Assembly (NCBI GenBank): GCA_963796275.1
Contig: CAWCKY010000003.1
Span: 800,001-864,000, forward strand
Origin: an uncultured Acidobacteriota bacterium
GTDB lineage: Bacteria > Acidobacteriota > Blastocatellia > RBC074
Direction: 5' to 3'
DNA: 64,000 nucleotides
This document shows, piece after piece, positions 21,166 through 30,006 of this stretch. The notes under the pieces were generated by a model, which had not been told where the DNA came from, searched no databases, and worked only from the letters and a program-made list of their open reading frames with translations. Both the position numbers and the translations under genes were made by a program. The stretch's first letter is position 1, and every line of letters begins with the position of its first letter.

Positions 21166-21921
21166 ATGATTTCAAAACAAAAAGTTCTACGTGTGTCTTT
21201 TCAGCAGGCCGGTGGCTTAATAATTCTTACCGTTCTGTTTTGTGTTCAGGTCGACGCGAAGCGGGTCGTCTTCGTGCCGGGGCAGCGCGCCATTGTATTC
21301 GATGAAAGGATATCCGCATTACGCACACAGCCTGATCTCAAAGCGCCACTACGACAACGACTCCGTCGCGGACGTGTGGTTGGCATTCTGCGGACAGCGA
21401 AGAACGATTCCGGCGCTCGTTTCTTTCGGGTTGCGATCTCGCGTAATACTCAAGGCTGGGTGTTGGCTGATGCTGTGGCGAGGAAGGGAAATCTCGCGGA
21501 CGCTCAAAGACTGATTTGGCTCATCGAAGCGACAAGCGACGAATTCACAAAGATGAAACTCGCGCGATTATGCGCTGATGAATATCGTATGACGAAATTC
21601 GCCCACCGCGCCTTGTTGCTATTGGGAAAAGCGGCCGAGGGTGCGGCCGATCGCCTGACTCGTGAGGCGATCCGAAGAATCGGTGATGGCGACTCAACCG
21701 GCGAATTGACTAGACGCTTCTATTTTTTGAACTATGTTGGGTTGGATCGTTATAACCGCATCGGCGTGACGTTCGATTACGATGAGACGGAAAATCGGAT
21801 AATTTACGATGGAAAGGCCTACCGCGAATTGCTGCGGCGCTATCCGCGGAGCGACGAGGCTGGTGAGGCGAGAGAGAGGCAGGATCGATTAAAACGGAAA
21901 ATCAGTAGCGCCGACGAGTAG
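21166..21921 (+). CDS. Secreted protein with SH3b-like N-terminal domain and helical TPR-like C-terminus
   Basis: Signal peptide; LRTQPDLKAP...G..V.IL...FFRV...GWV; YRELLRRYPRSDEAGEA. Confidence 0.6.
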   Translation: MISKQKVLRVSFQQAGGLIILTVLFCVQVDAKRVVFVPGQRAIVFDERISALRTQPDLKAPLRQRLRRGRVVGILRTAKNDSGARFFRVAISRNTQGWVLADAVARKGNLADAQRLIWLIEATSDEFTKMKLARLCADEYRMTKFAHRALLLLGKAAEGAADRLTREAIRRIGDGDSTGELTRRFYFLNYVGLDRYNRIGVTFDYDETENRIIYDGKAYRELLRRYPRSDEAGEARERQDRLKRKISSADE

Positions 21922-21982
21922 ATGGTTGGTGAGAAATCAATGGAGAAACTCAAACCCATACGCCCATTGATTTTCCCTCGCC

Positions 21983-22510
21983 TTACTTGCGAGGCCCATA
22001 ACTCTTGGATAGAAAATCGATCAGAGGCTCTTTTTCGGCCTCGGTTACCTGGGCGCCCCAGCGGATCATCTTATCGACCTCGCGCGTCCATCCGGGACGA
22101 GATAATCGCTGCTGCTGAGTCAAATCGGCCTCGTGGCAAAGCAGACATTTCTTCGCGAATATCTCTTTGCCCTGTGTTTCGCCAGAAGATGGGTGATTGG
22201 TGGCTTCAACCTTTTTCGGCCCGAAATTCGCCGCCAGATAATCTATCAATGCAGCTTTCTCCGCCTCCGCCACGGTCGCACCCCAGCGGATCATCTTATC
22301 GACCTCGCGCGTCCAGCCCTGCCGCGAGAGCCGCTGCGAAACGATCAGATCGGATTCGTGACAAGATAGACAGCTATCGCGCGCTACCTCGACGCCTTTG
22401 CCTTCAGGTAAATCCTGGCGTGCAGCCGAGACCGTGAGCAAGCCGTCGATGAGCATCGCAGCCATAATCAATGCTATTTTCAGTTTCACTATATTATGCG
22501 GCCTCGACAT
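21983..22510 (-). CDS. Di-heme cytochrome c (tandem SorB-like domains)
   Basis: Signal peptide; CLSCH and CLLCH, each followed by WTREVDKMIRWGA. Confidence 0.9.
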   Translation of the reverse strand: MSRPHNIVKLKIALIMAAMLIDGLLTVSAARQDLPEGKGVEVARDSCLSCHESDLIVSQRLSRQGWTREVDKMIRWGATVAEAEKAALIDYLAANFGPKKVEATNHPSSGETQGKEIFAKKCLLCHEADLTQQQRLSRPGWTREVDKMIRWGAQVTEAEKEPLIDFLSKSYGPRK

Positions 22511-23690
22511 TGATCCTCACTTTATCGATAACATTCCAGAGGTAACCCGATGGATTCCATTGCGGCGCCACTGGTTGAATCTGCCCTTTTTCATCGGTGG
22601 CGCGCGACATAACCAGGTAAGAGCCGGGCGCGCTGATGTTCAGCTCGTGTTCGAATGACTGCCAGGCGTAGCGTTCTCGCTCCTTTCCCAGCCGGGCTGG
22701 CGTCCACGTGCTTCCGTTGTCAATTGAAATATCGACCTTCGCTATCTTCGATTCTCCGGCCCAGGCAAAACCAGTCACACGAAGTTTGCCTGGTTTCACG
22801 GCCGCACCCTCGATGGGCGAGTTGATGAACGATTTAACCACCAATCCGGTTAATGGAACCATGAATTTCGGATCGACTGTAGCGCCCGGCGACACACGCC
22901 GGTTCGGGTAGCGATAGGCTGTCTTGACGAAAAATCCGTCATGCTCTTTTTCGATCACCTGAACGTGATTGAGCCATTTCACCGCGTAAGCCCCTTCCCA
23001 TCCCGGAATGATAGCGCGAAGCGGAAACCCGTGAAGTGCCGGCACCGGTTCACCGTTCATCTCGTATGCGAGAATTGTATCGGGATTCATAGCCTTAGCG
23101 AGCGGGACGTTGCGCACGAAATCGGGCATGCTGCCGACAGGTTTGTCCGCGCCGCCCAGCAGAACGTATTTGCCGATCGGCTTGACGCCGGCCTTCCCCA
23201 GCAGCTCGGACAGGCGTACGCCGGTCCACCGCGCAGTTCCGACCGCGCCCTTCTCCCACTGGATTCCCGCCACCGGCGGATCGAAAAATGCGCGTCCATT
23301 GCCAGCGCATTCGAGCGTGACTGTGACTGTCGCTCGTGCCATCTTTTTCAGCTCATCGATTGAGATAGTGAGCGGTCGTTCGACCTCGCCATCGACTTTG
23401 ATTGACCATTCCTTCGCAGCTGCGTCGTCGATGCTCGGAGCATAAGTATGAGTACGCACATAGAAAAGATCGTTCGGCGTTATCCAGGTATTGAGCAGAC
23501 TGACCGGAGTCTCTAGGTCTTCCGGCCTCACAGAACGGACGATGAGCCGCTCTTTGCCTTTGATTATAGTCTGGGCGAATCCCTGGTTCGGGACTAACCG
23601 GCTCAGTGCAAAAGCCGCCCCCGCCAATCCTCCGGCGGCCATAAAATCGCGGCGCGTGCTGTGCTTATCATTTTTATTATTATTATTCAT
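22494..23690 (-). CDS. Sulfite oxidase family molybdoenzyme (SorA/SoxC-like), Tat-exported
   Basis: TRRDFM Tat motif; FYVRTH; LECAGNGR Mo-ligand Cys; HGFPLR; VKWL; WNPSGY. Confidence 0.92.
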   Translation of the reverse strand: MNNNNKNDKHSTRRDFMAAGGLAGAAFALSRLVPNQGFAQTIIKGKERLIVRSVRPEDLETPVSLLNTWITPNDLFYVRTHTYAPSIDDAAAKEWSIKVDGEVERPLTISIDELKKMARATVTVTLECAGNGRAFFDPPVAGIQWEKGAVGTARWTGVRLSELLGKAGVKPIGKYVLLGGADKPVGSMPDFVRNVPLAKAMNPDTILAYEMNGEPVPALHGFPLRAIIPGWEGAYAVKWLNHVQVIEKEHDGFFVKTAYRYPNRRVSPGATVDPKFMVPLTGLVVKSFINSPIEGAAVKPGKLRVTGFAWAGESKIAKVDISIDNGSTWTPARLGKERERYAWQSFEHELNISAPGSYLVMSRATDEKGQIQPVAPQWNPSGYLWNVIDKVRINVEAA

Positions 23691-23801
23691 CTACTACTCC
23701 ATGAATTTGTGACTGCCTCGACCTGTGGTGCGGTCAGGTGAGTTTTCCGGTGTGCGTACATAAAATATGATGATTGCATAAAAAGTGACAAAACGAAACA
23801 T

Positions 23802-23830
23802 TTGACTCTTCCTCTGAGTCGTTTCAAAAT
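23802..23830 (+). promoter_or_regulatory. Putative sigma-70 promoter of ogg
   Basis: TTGACT-N17-CAAAAT, 23 bp before the ATG. Confidence 0.45.
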
Positions 23831-23853
23831 TCGCCACGGCCAGAATAGATGCT

Positions 23854-24495
23854 ATGATTGATCACCTGCAAAAGAGTTATGTGGAAAAGCGCACGGCGAT
23901 CTGTGCCCGGTTGGCACAGTTCGCGGAGGTAGGGCGTGAGTCCGATGATGCCCGTTTATTCGAAGAGCTGGTTTTCTGTATATTCACGGCCGGCGCGAGC
24001 GCGAAGATGGGATTGAATTCGATCGAGCGGGTTCGGCCGCATCTGCTCAAGGCTAATCATCGAAAGCTCATGACTGTGCTGGTCGGATCGCACCGCTATC
24101 CGCGCGCGCGTTCCGGCTACATCGTACACACGAGAGCTTATCTGCGGAGAGAGTGTGACTTGCGTTTACGGGAAAAACTCGCATCATTTGATGAGGATAT
24201 GGAGGCGCGGCGAGATTTTTTCGCCAGAAACCCCGGCATTAAAGGGATCGGATATAAGGAGGCCAGTCATTATCTGCGAAACATCGGCTATCGCGGATAT
24301 GGGATACTTGACAAACATATTCTCCGCACTCTGCATGAATGCGGAGTTATTGATTCGCCGCAACCGCCCACGACGAAAAAAAACTATCTCGTTATTGAAG
24401 AAAGCATGAGAAAATTTGCCGGGGATATTAAAATCAATTTCGACGAACTCGATCTCCTCCTTTGGTCGAATAAAACCGGTGAGATACTGAAATAA
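23854..24495 (+). CDS. ogg: 8-oxoguanine DNA glycosylase/AP lyase, OGG2 type
   Basis: ELVFCIFTA, HRYPRAR, IKGIGYKEASHYLRNIG, ILDKHILR, LDLLLW, C-terminal GEILK. Confidence 0.9.
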   Translation: MIDHLQKSYVEKRTAICARLAQFAEVGRESDDARLFEELVFCIFTAGASAKMGLNSIERVRPHLLKANHRKLMTVLVGSHRYPRARSGYIVHTRAYLRRECDLRLREKLASFDEDMEARRDFFARNPGIKGIGYKEASHYLRNIGYRGYGILDKHILRTLHECGVIDSPQPPTTKKNYLVIEESMRKFAGDIKINFDELDLLLWSNKTGEILK

Positions 24496-24513
24496 CCCCT
24501 TGTGAGGTGTCTT

Positions 24514-26195
24514 ATGAAAACTATGCTCCGGTTAGAGGTTGTATTCCTGCTGTTAACGCTCGTGTTGCTGCCGGCGGCCGGACTGGCCGAATCTCGCGGC
24601 AAGGCGCTCAAACGCGCCGAGAAAGAACTGAGACAGGCGAATTTCGGAGAGGCTGAGAAAATTTATCGGCAACTTGTCGAACGCGATCAGAAGGATAAGG
24701 ATGCGCGCCTGGGATTGAGCTTTGCATTGATAAAGCAGGGCAAATTACAGGATTCGTACGAACAGGCTGCACAGGTTATTGCCGCGGACCCGCTGAGCTC
24801 GCGCGCGCACGCGCTGCTGGGAACGTCACTTTTGCGTTCAGGCGAGTTTCGCAATTCGATCGAGGCGCTTTACACGGCCGTCAAATTCAACAACCGCGAA
24901 TCGCTCGCCATCGCGGGGCTGGCCGAGATCGAATATTTCGAGAACAGATCGCGCACAGCCTATGAATGGTTGAAACGAGCCGTGCAGCTCGATCCGCTCG
25001 AGCCGGATTATTACATCTCGCTCGCACGGTCCTGCTCACGTCTGGAGTATTACGGTGAAGCGGCGGACGCCTACCAGCGCTTCCTCGACGTCTCGCCCAA
25101 GACGGATATCGAGCGGCGCGCGCGCATCCGAGGCCTGATCGATTTTTACAGGTATCTCGGCACCACCAAGATACACAGGACTGTGGGGAAGGAATCTCCA
25201 CGATCCCCATCAATCTGGTCAACCATCGACCATTTATCGATATAACGGTCAATGGCAAAGGGACATTGAAATTTGTCGTCGATACGGGCGCCAGTCTCTC
25301 CGTCATTTCGGATAAGGCTGCCGAGCGTTTGGGGATCAAGCAGGTCGCGCGCGGCGGGAATGCGCGAGCCATAGGCGGAACCGGAACATTCCCGATCATC
25401 TATGGCCTGCTCGATTCTATCGCAATCGGTGAGGCGAGGATCGAAGCCGTACCGGTCTATATCCGCACGGTACACAGCGCTCCGGACACCGCCGAAGCGG
25501 AGAGAGCCGACGGTTACATCGGATTATCCGTGCTCTCAAACTTCGCGGTGACGCTCGATTATCAAACCCGGCGAATGGTGCTCGATCGTACGCCGGTCCG
25601 GGAGGAGCCAACTGCCGCCAAACCCGATCAAGGGAAGACCGATCTGCCCGTATCCGATCCCGCTCGGGTCGACCCGTTGAAGAGTGAGACGAAGAGTGAG
25701 ACGAAGCCCGATACGCCCCCGGCGGTCAGCGGCACTCTGGCGGAGGCCGATACGTATGAGATCCCGATCCGGAGCACGAGCGGCGGACTGGCGAGCGCTG
25801 AAACGCGGCTGCCTGATATGGATCGTCCGCTCAACTTCATCATCGATACGGGCGCGACCGTCAGCGTGGTCTCCAAAGCGATCGTCAAGAAATATAGCCT
25901 CGAAGGGTTGAAGCTGCAGGGGCTGAAGTATCGCGTCATCGGCGCCGCCGGGATCGAGGAGGGAGCCGAAGCGTTGGGGCTTTCAACGCTCACCGTCAGC
26001 GGTTTGAAGAAGCAGAATGCGAGAGCCTTGATCCTCGACCTCGAAGCGGTCAATGAGACATCGGGGTTCGAACAACACGGAATTCTGGGGGGAGATTATC
26101 TATCGCATTTCCGGATCGTGCTCGATCTGCGGCGATATCAATTCAAACTCACGCCCCAGACTGCCGCGATCACGGTGGCTGCGGAGAAACAGTAA
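24514..26195 (+). CDS. Secreted TPR plus double retropepsin-like aspartyl protease, split by a 1-base loss near 25193
   Basis: Signal peptide, TPRs, VVDTGAS..GYIG and IIDTGAT..GILGGDYL; adding one base reads GKEISTIPINLVNHRPFIDITVNG. Confidence 0.85.
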
Positions 26196-26281
26196 GGCAG
26201 TCGGTTGCCGGTTCGCCTCTAACGTTCCGTAGTTTTTTGAAACCACCGGTAGCGACCGACTATCGGTAACCGGCAACTTAT

Positions 26282-26743
26282 ATGGTCACCAGCATCTATC
26301 TCGAAACATCGGTAATCGGCGCCTATCTCGACAAAGGCGAATCGTTTCGTCGGGACCTGACGATCCGCTGGTGGGAACATGAGTCGAAAAATTATCGTGC
26401 GTTCGTCTCGCCGCTGGTCGAAAGAGAGCTCGAACGAACGCGCGAACCGTATCGACAGAGTTATCTCCTGTTGATCCAAGGATTGCCGCAACTCGAGATT
26501 ACGGAAGAAGCGGCTATTCTGGCCGATGGATATGTTGCGCGCGGGATCTTTCAGAGGAAGTATCTGGGTGACGCTCTGCACGTGGCCCTCGCGTCATACC
26601 ACAAAATCGATTTTCTGGTGACCTGGAATTTCGGTTATCTCGCAAATGTCCACCGGCAGGCCCGGATCAAGCTATTCAACACCGCCGCCGGATTCTTCGT
26701 CCCCGAGATCGTGACGCCGGAGTTTTTGGTAAGCGAACTTTAG
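26282..26743 (+). CDS. PIN-domain (VapC-like) toxin
   Basis: IYLETSVI, ERE, DALHVALA, LVTWNF..LAN, IVTPE. Confidence 0.88.
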   Translation: MVTSIYLETSVIGAYLDKGESFRRDLTIRWWEHESKNYRAFVSPLVERELERTREPYRQSYLLLIQGLPQLEITEEAAILADGYVARGIFQRKYLGDALHVALASYHKIDFLVTWNFGYLANVHRQARIKLFNTAAGFFVPEIVTPEFLVSEL

Positions 26744-26748
26744 TAAAA

Positions 26749-26823
26749 CAGTTTTCAGTTGTCAGTTTTCAGTCTTTGATTCCGCTCTCAACTGAAAACT
26801 AAAAACTGAAAACTAAAAAACTG
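26749..26823. repeat. Heptamer inverted-repeat spacer (CAGTTTT / CTGAAAA)
   Basis: CAGTTTTCAGTTGTCAGTTTTCAG ... CTGAAAACTAAAAACTGAAAACT. Confidence 0.75.
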
Positions 26824-26827
26824 ATTT

Positions 26828-27043
26828 ATGTATCAACGTCCGAGATTTTTGGAAGAATTGCATGCCATACGCGAAGAGATGTCGCGCGAATGCGATTATG
26901 ATGTCGACCTCTTCGCTGAAATGGTACGTAGTAATCAACCGCCTAAACATGGCCCCGCGCGGAATATTCGTGGATTCCGGCAGTATGTTCCTCCGAACGC
27001 CGCCTTCGTCGAGAAGATCAGGAGGTTAGGTAAAAAGAAGTAG
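26828..27043 (+). CDS. Small protein, putative antitoxin partner of the PIN gene
   Basis: LEELHAIREEMSRECDYD resembles small genes commonly found downstream of this PIN subfamily. Confidence 0.6.
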   Translation: MYQRPRFLEELHAIREEMSRECDYDVDLFAEMVRSNQPPKHGPARNIRGFRQYVPPNAAFVEKIRRLGKKK

Positions 27044-27082
27044 CCCGAGATTAATGAGATGTTCAGCACTCAGCACTGAAAT

Positions 27083-27865
27083 ATGGGTGAGCCATTCTAC
27101 GCAATAGGATTTAAAATTACAGACGAAGCTTCATACCAGGCATTGGCTGAAGAAGCACACCAACGCGGGACGCTCAGCAAAGCCCGGAGAGCTCAAGGCA
27201 TTTTACATGGTTGCTGCTGGAGTTTGGGCGCTGGTCTCGAGGTCTGGACCGTGCTTTATGAATCGAAAGAGGGATTGTTTTATGCGGATTGTCGACCCGC
27301 ATTTCGATCCCAGCAGATATTCAGCTTTTACCCATGGGAGATTGTCGAATACGAAGAGGACGGCGAGGCCATTGCGCGCGGCGTGACAGCCGAAACGGAT
27401 ACCGAGATGATATTCGAGTTGCAAAACCTTACCGAAATCAATCCGGATGAGTTCCGCGAGCGGCCTCTGACGGCTGTCGTCTCGGGATTAGCCTATCGCG
27501 CTCACGCCCACAACCGCCGTGGGACGCCCGCGTTTGCGCCTCTCTCATCTCGCTCTCGGCGGAAAAAGGCGGCCGAGAACGACTACATCATATCCGGAAC
27601 AATAGTTTCTTGGCGGGAGATAAAAAATCGGCATACCACCAGTGATTTGATCTGGACCAGCATCGATGCAGGGAAGCTCAGGCTCGAAGTGCTCGTAAAT
27701 CGCGCTGACTTGAAGGGTGAGCTGAAATGCGGCGGATGGTTGAGCTCCGAAATCTGGTTGCAGGGACACGTCTTGAATGACAAGGAATTGCAGGCTCGCT
27801 ACGAAGGTGTAGACCTCGATATCCCGCGCGGCGATCACTGGAAAAAATTCCGGCGAGAGAACTGA
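27083..27865 (+). CDS. DUF3881-like hypothetical protein
   Basis: N-terminal AIGF and C-terminal EIWLQG; the family call is tentative. Confidence 0.55.
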   Translation: MGEPFYAIGFKITDEASYQALAEEAHQRGTLSKARRAQGILHGCCWSLGAGLEVWTVLYESKEGLFYADCRPAFRSQQIFSFYPWEIVEYEEDGEAIARGVTAETDTEMIFELQNLTEINPDEFRERPLTAVVSGLAYRAHAHNRRGTPAFAPLSSRSRRKKAAENDYIISGTIVSWREIKNRHTTSDLIWTSIDAGKLRLEVLVNRADLKGELKCGGWLSSEIWLQGHVLNDKELQARYEGVDLDIPRGDHWKKFRREN

Positions 27866-27959
27866 CCGCGTATTTTTCACGGATGCAATTTTCAATGACC
27901 GGCTTTAACCCGTCTTGTTCCTGCGCTTTCGTGAAGATCCGTGGTTATTTGTTTCAATT

Positions 27960-29318
27960 ATGGTCTCGATAATCACCGCACGCTGGGTGCTCCCGATAAC
28001 ATCTCAGCCGATCGAATTGGGCGCTGTCGCAATCGAATCCGGTTGCATCGCCGCCGCTGGCTCACTCTCCGAAGTCCGCCTAAAATTTCCCGATGCACGC
28101 GTAAAAGACTTGGGTGAAGCTGCGATCCTGCCTGGTCTGGTGAACGTTCACACGCATCTCGAACTGACCGTATTCCGCGGGCGTCTGGAAGAGGCGCAAT
28201 TTCAGCGCTGGATTTCCGGACTGGTTCGGCTTAAAGCCGAAAAGCTGGACGCAGATGATGTGTATGCGAGCGCACAGCTCGGATGTATCGAGGCGATCAG
28301 GTCGGGCATTACTACGCTCGCCGATACTTCGGACGCGAGCGCTCCCATGGTCGCCTTGATCGAAAGCGGGCAGCGGGGGGTGATATTTCAGGAATGTTTC
28401 GGAATACGGCCTGAACAGGCCGAGGCCAGCATGGGCGATTTGCAAACGAAACTTGAAGCTCACGCTGATCGACTGGCCAGAGCGGGCGGTGAAGCTCAGG
28501 CGCGATTGAGCGTTGGCATCTCGCCTCACGCTCCTTATTCAGTCGCTGACAGCCTCTATCGGCTCACGACACGGTTCGCCCTTGACCATAAATTCGATAT
28601 TGCGATTCATACCGCGGAATCCGCCGATGAAGCGGCGCTAATGCGCGATGGCAGCGGGGCTTTCGGCGACTCACTGAGGAAGCGGGGGATCACACCCAGC
28701 GGTATGGGCGTCTCGACGGTCAGGTATTTCGACCGGCTCGGAGTGCTCGATGCGGCGCCGCTTTTGATCCATTGCGTCACGGTCGATGAAGAAGAGATCG
28801 CGCTAATGAGTGAACGGGGTGCTCGCGTGGCGCACTGCCCCAAATCTAACGCGAAGTTCGGCCACGGCAACTCGCCATTGATCGAGATGCGCCGGGCCGG
28901 CATTAGTCTCGGTCTCGGAACGGACAGCGTCGCGAGCAATAACTCCTGCGATCTGCTGGAAGAAGCGCGCTTCTGTTCTCTGCTCCATCGGGCATCGCAT
29001 AAAGATGCGACCGTTTGCACGGCGGAAGAGATGCTGAGATTTATGACGATTGACGGCGCGCGCGCGCTGAAGATGGGTGATCGGATAGGCTCGATTGAAA
29101 CGGGGAAGCAGGCTGATCTGATTGCGATCGATCTTCAGAGGGTTCATCACAACCCATATTATGATCTGGCGACGGCGATCACCTTCAGTTGCTCGGCGCG
29201 CGATGTTGTATTTACGATGGTAGCCGGACGGGTGCTTTATGAAGGCGGGCGCGTATTAACGATGGATGAAACAGATGTAATGATGCGGATTCGGGAAATA
29301 CACCGTAAACTAGCCTGA
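27960..29318 (+). CDS. Amidohydrolase (MtaD/Atz-like deaminase family)
   Basis: PGLVNVHTH, PHAPYS, HTAES, HCPKSNAK, LGTDS, GSIETGKQADL. Confidence 0.92.
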   Translation: MVSIITARWVLPITSQPIELGAVAIESGCIAAAGSLSEVRLKFPDARVKDLGEAAILPGLVNVHTHLELTVFRGRLEEAQFQRWISGLVRLKAEKLDADDVYASAQLGCIEAIRSGITTLADTSDASAPMVALIESGQRGVIFQECFGIRPEQAEASMGDLQTKLEAHADRLARAGGEAQARLSVGISPHAPYSVADSLYRLTTRFALDHKFDIAIHTAESADEAALMRDGSGAFGDSLRKRGITPSGMGVSTVRYFDRLGVLDAAPLLIHCVTVDEEEIALMSERGARVAHCPKSNAKFGHGNSPLIEMRRAGISLGLGTDSVASNNSCDLLEEARFCSLLHRASHKDATVCTAEEMLRFMTIDGARALKMGDRIGSIETGKQADLIAIDLQRVHHNPYYDLATAITFSCSARDVVFTMVAGRVLYEGGRVLTMDETDVMMRIREIHRKLA

Positions 29319-29361
29319 GAGTTGATGTAAAGATACTGTACGCGCGCAATTCCAAGGGAAT

Positions 29362-29400
29362 ATCACAAAAAGCACAAAAGATATTTTTGTGCTTTTTGTG
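29362..29400. terminator. Bidirectional hairpin between the amidohydrolase gene and dps
   Basis: CACAAAAAGCACAAAA-GATAT-TTTTGTGCTTTTTGTG. Confidence 0.65.
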
Positions 29401-29409
29401 GTGGACATA

Positions 29410-29904
29410 CTATTTCACCTGGATATGCGCTTCGAGAAACCAGAGCGACTTATCCAGATCGCGCGAGACCTCGGTGAAGATGTCCGAGGTGTCGATATCA
29501 CCCAGTTTATCCGCCTTCTCGATCGCCTCGCGGGTGGTTGCGGCAAGAGCGGCATAGCGCTCGGTCAATGTTTCAACGCTCTCCATGCTGCCCGTGACAG
29601 TCGCCGGATATTCCGGCAGACGAGATGAGGCCGCCGACATCCGCGCAGTTCCGAGCGCGGTTCCACCGAGGGCGGTCGCACGCTCTGCGATCGTATCGAC
29701 ATGCCCGAGCACACTGCCCGCCAGTTGATCGAAGAGCTCATGAAGTTGGAAAAACTGTGGCCCCTTCACATTCCAATGTGCCTGCTTGGTCTGGCTATAG
29801 AGATCGAAAGTGTCGGCCAGTTGCTGATTTAGCAGGGAAATCATCTGTTCGCGAGTTTCGACGTCGACATCGATGCTGGTTTTATATGTTTTTGGCTTCG
29901 CCAT
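29410..29904 (-). CDS. dps: DNA starvation/stationary-phase protection protein Dps
   Basis: KQAHWNVKG, LHELFD, DTIAER, LDKSLWFLEAH. Confidence 0.97.
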   Translation of the reverse strand: MAKPKTYKTSIDVDVETREQMISLLNQQLADTFDLYSQTKQAHWNVKGPQFFQLHELFDQLAGSVLGHVDTIAERATALGGTALGTARMSAASSRLPEYPATVTGSMESVETLTERYAALAATTREAIEKADKLGDIDTSDIFTEVSRDLDKSLWFLEAHIQVK

Positions 29905-30006
29905 GCTTCATCATCCTCCTCCTTAAAAATAAAACCACAAAGACGAAGGGAATAAAACACACCCTCTTCATATCTTCGTGGTTTTTATTCTATCACTAAT
30001 TCTTAA

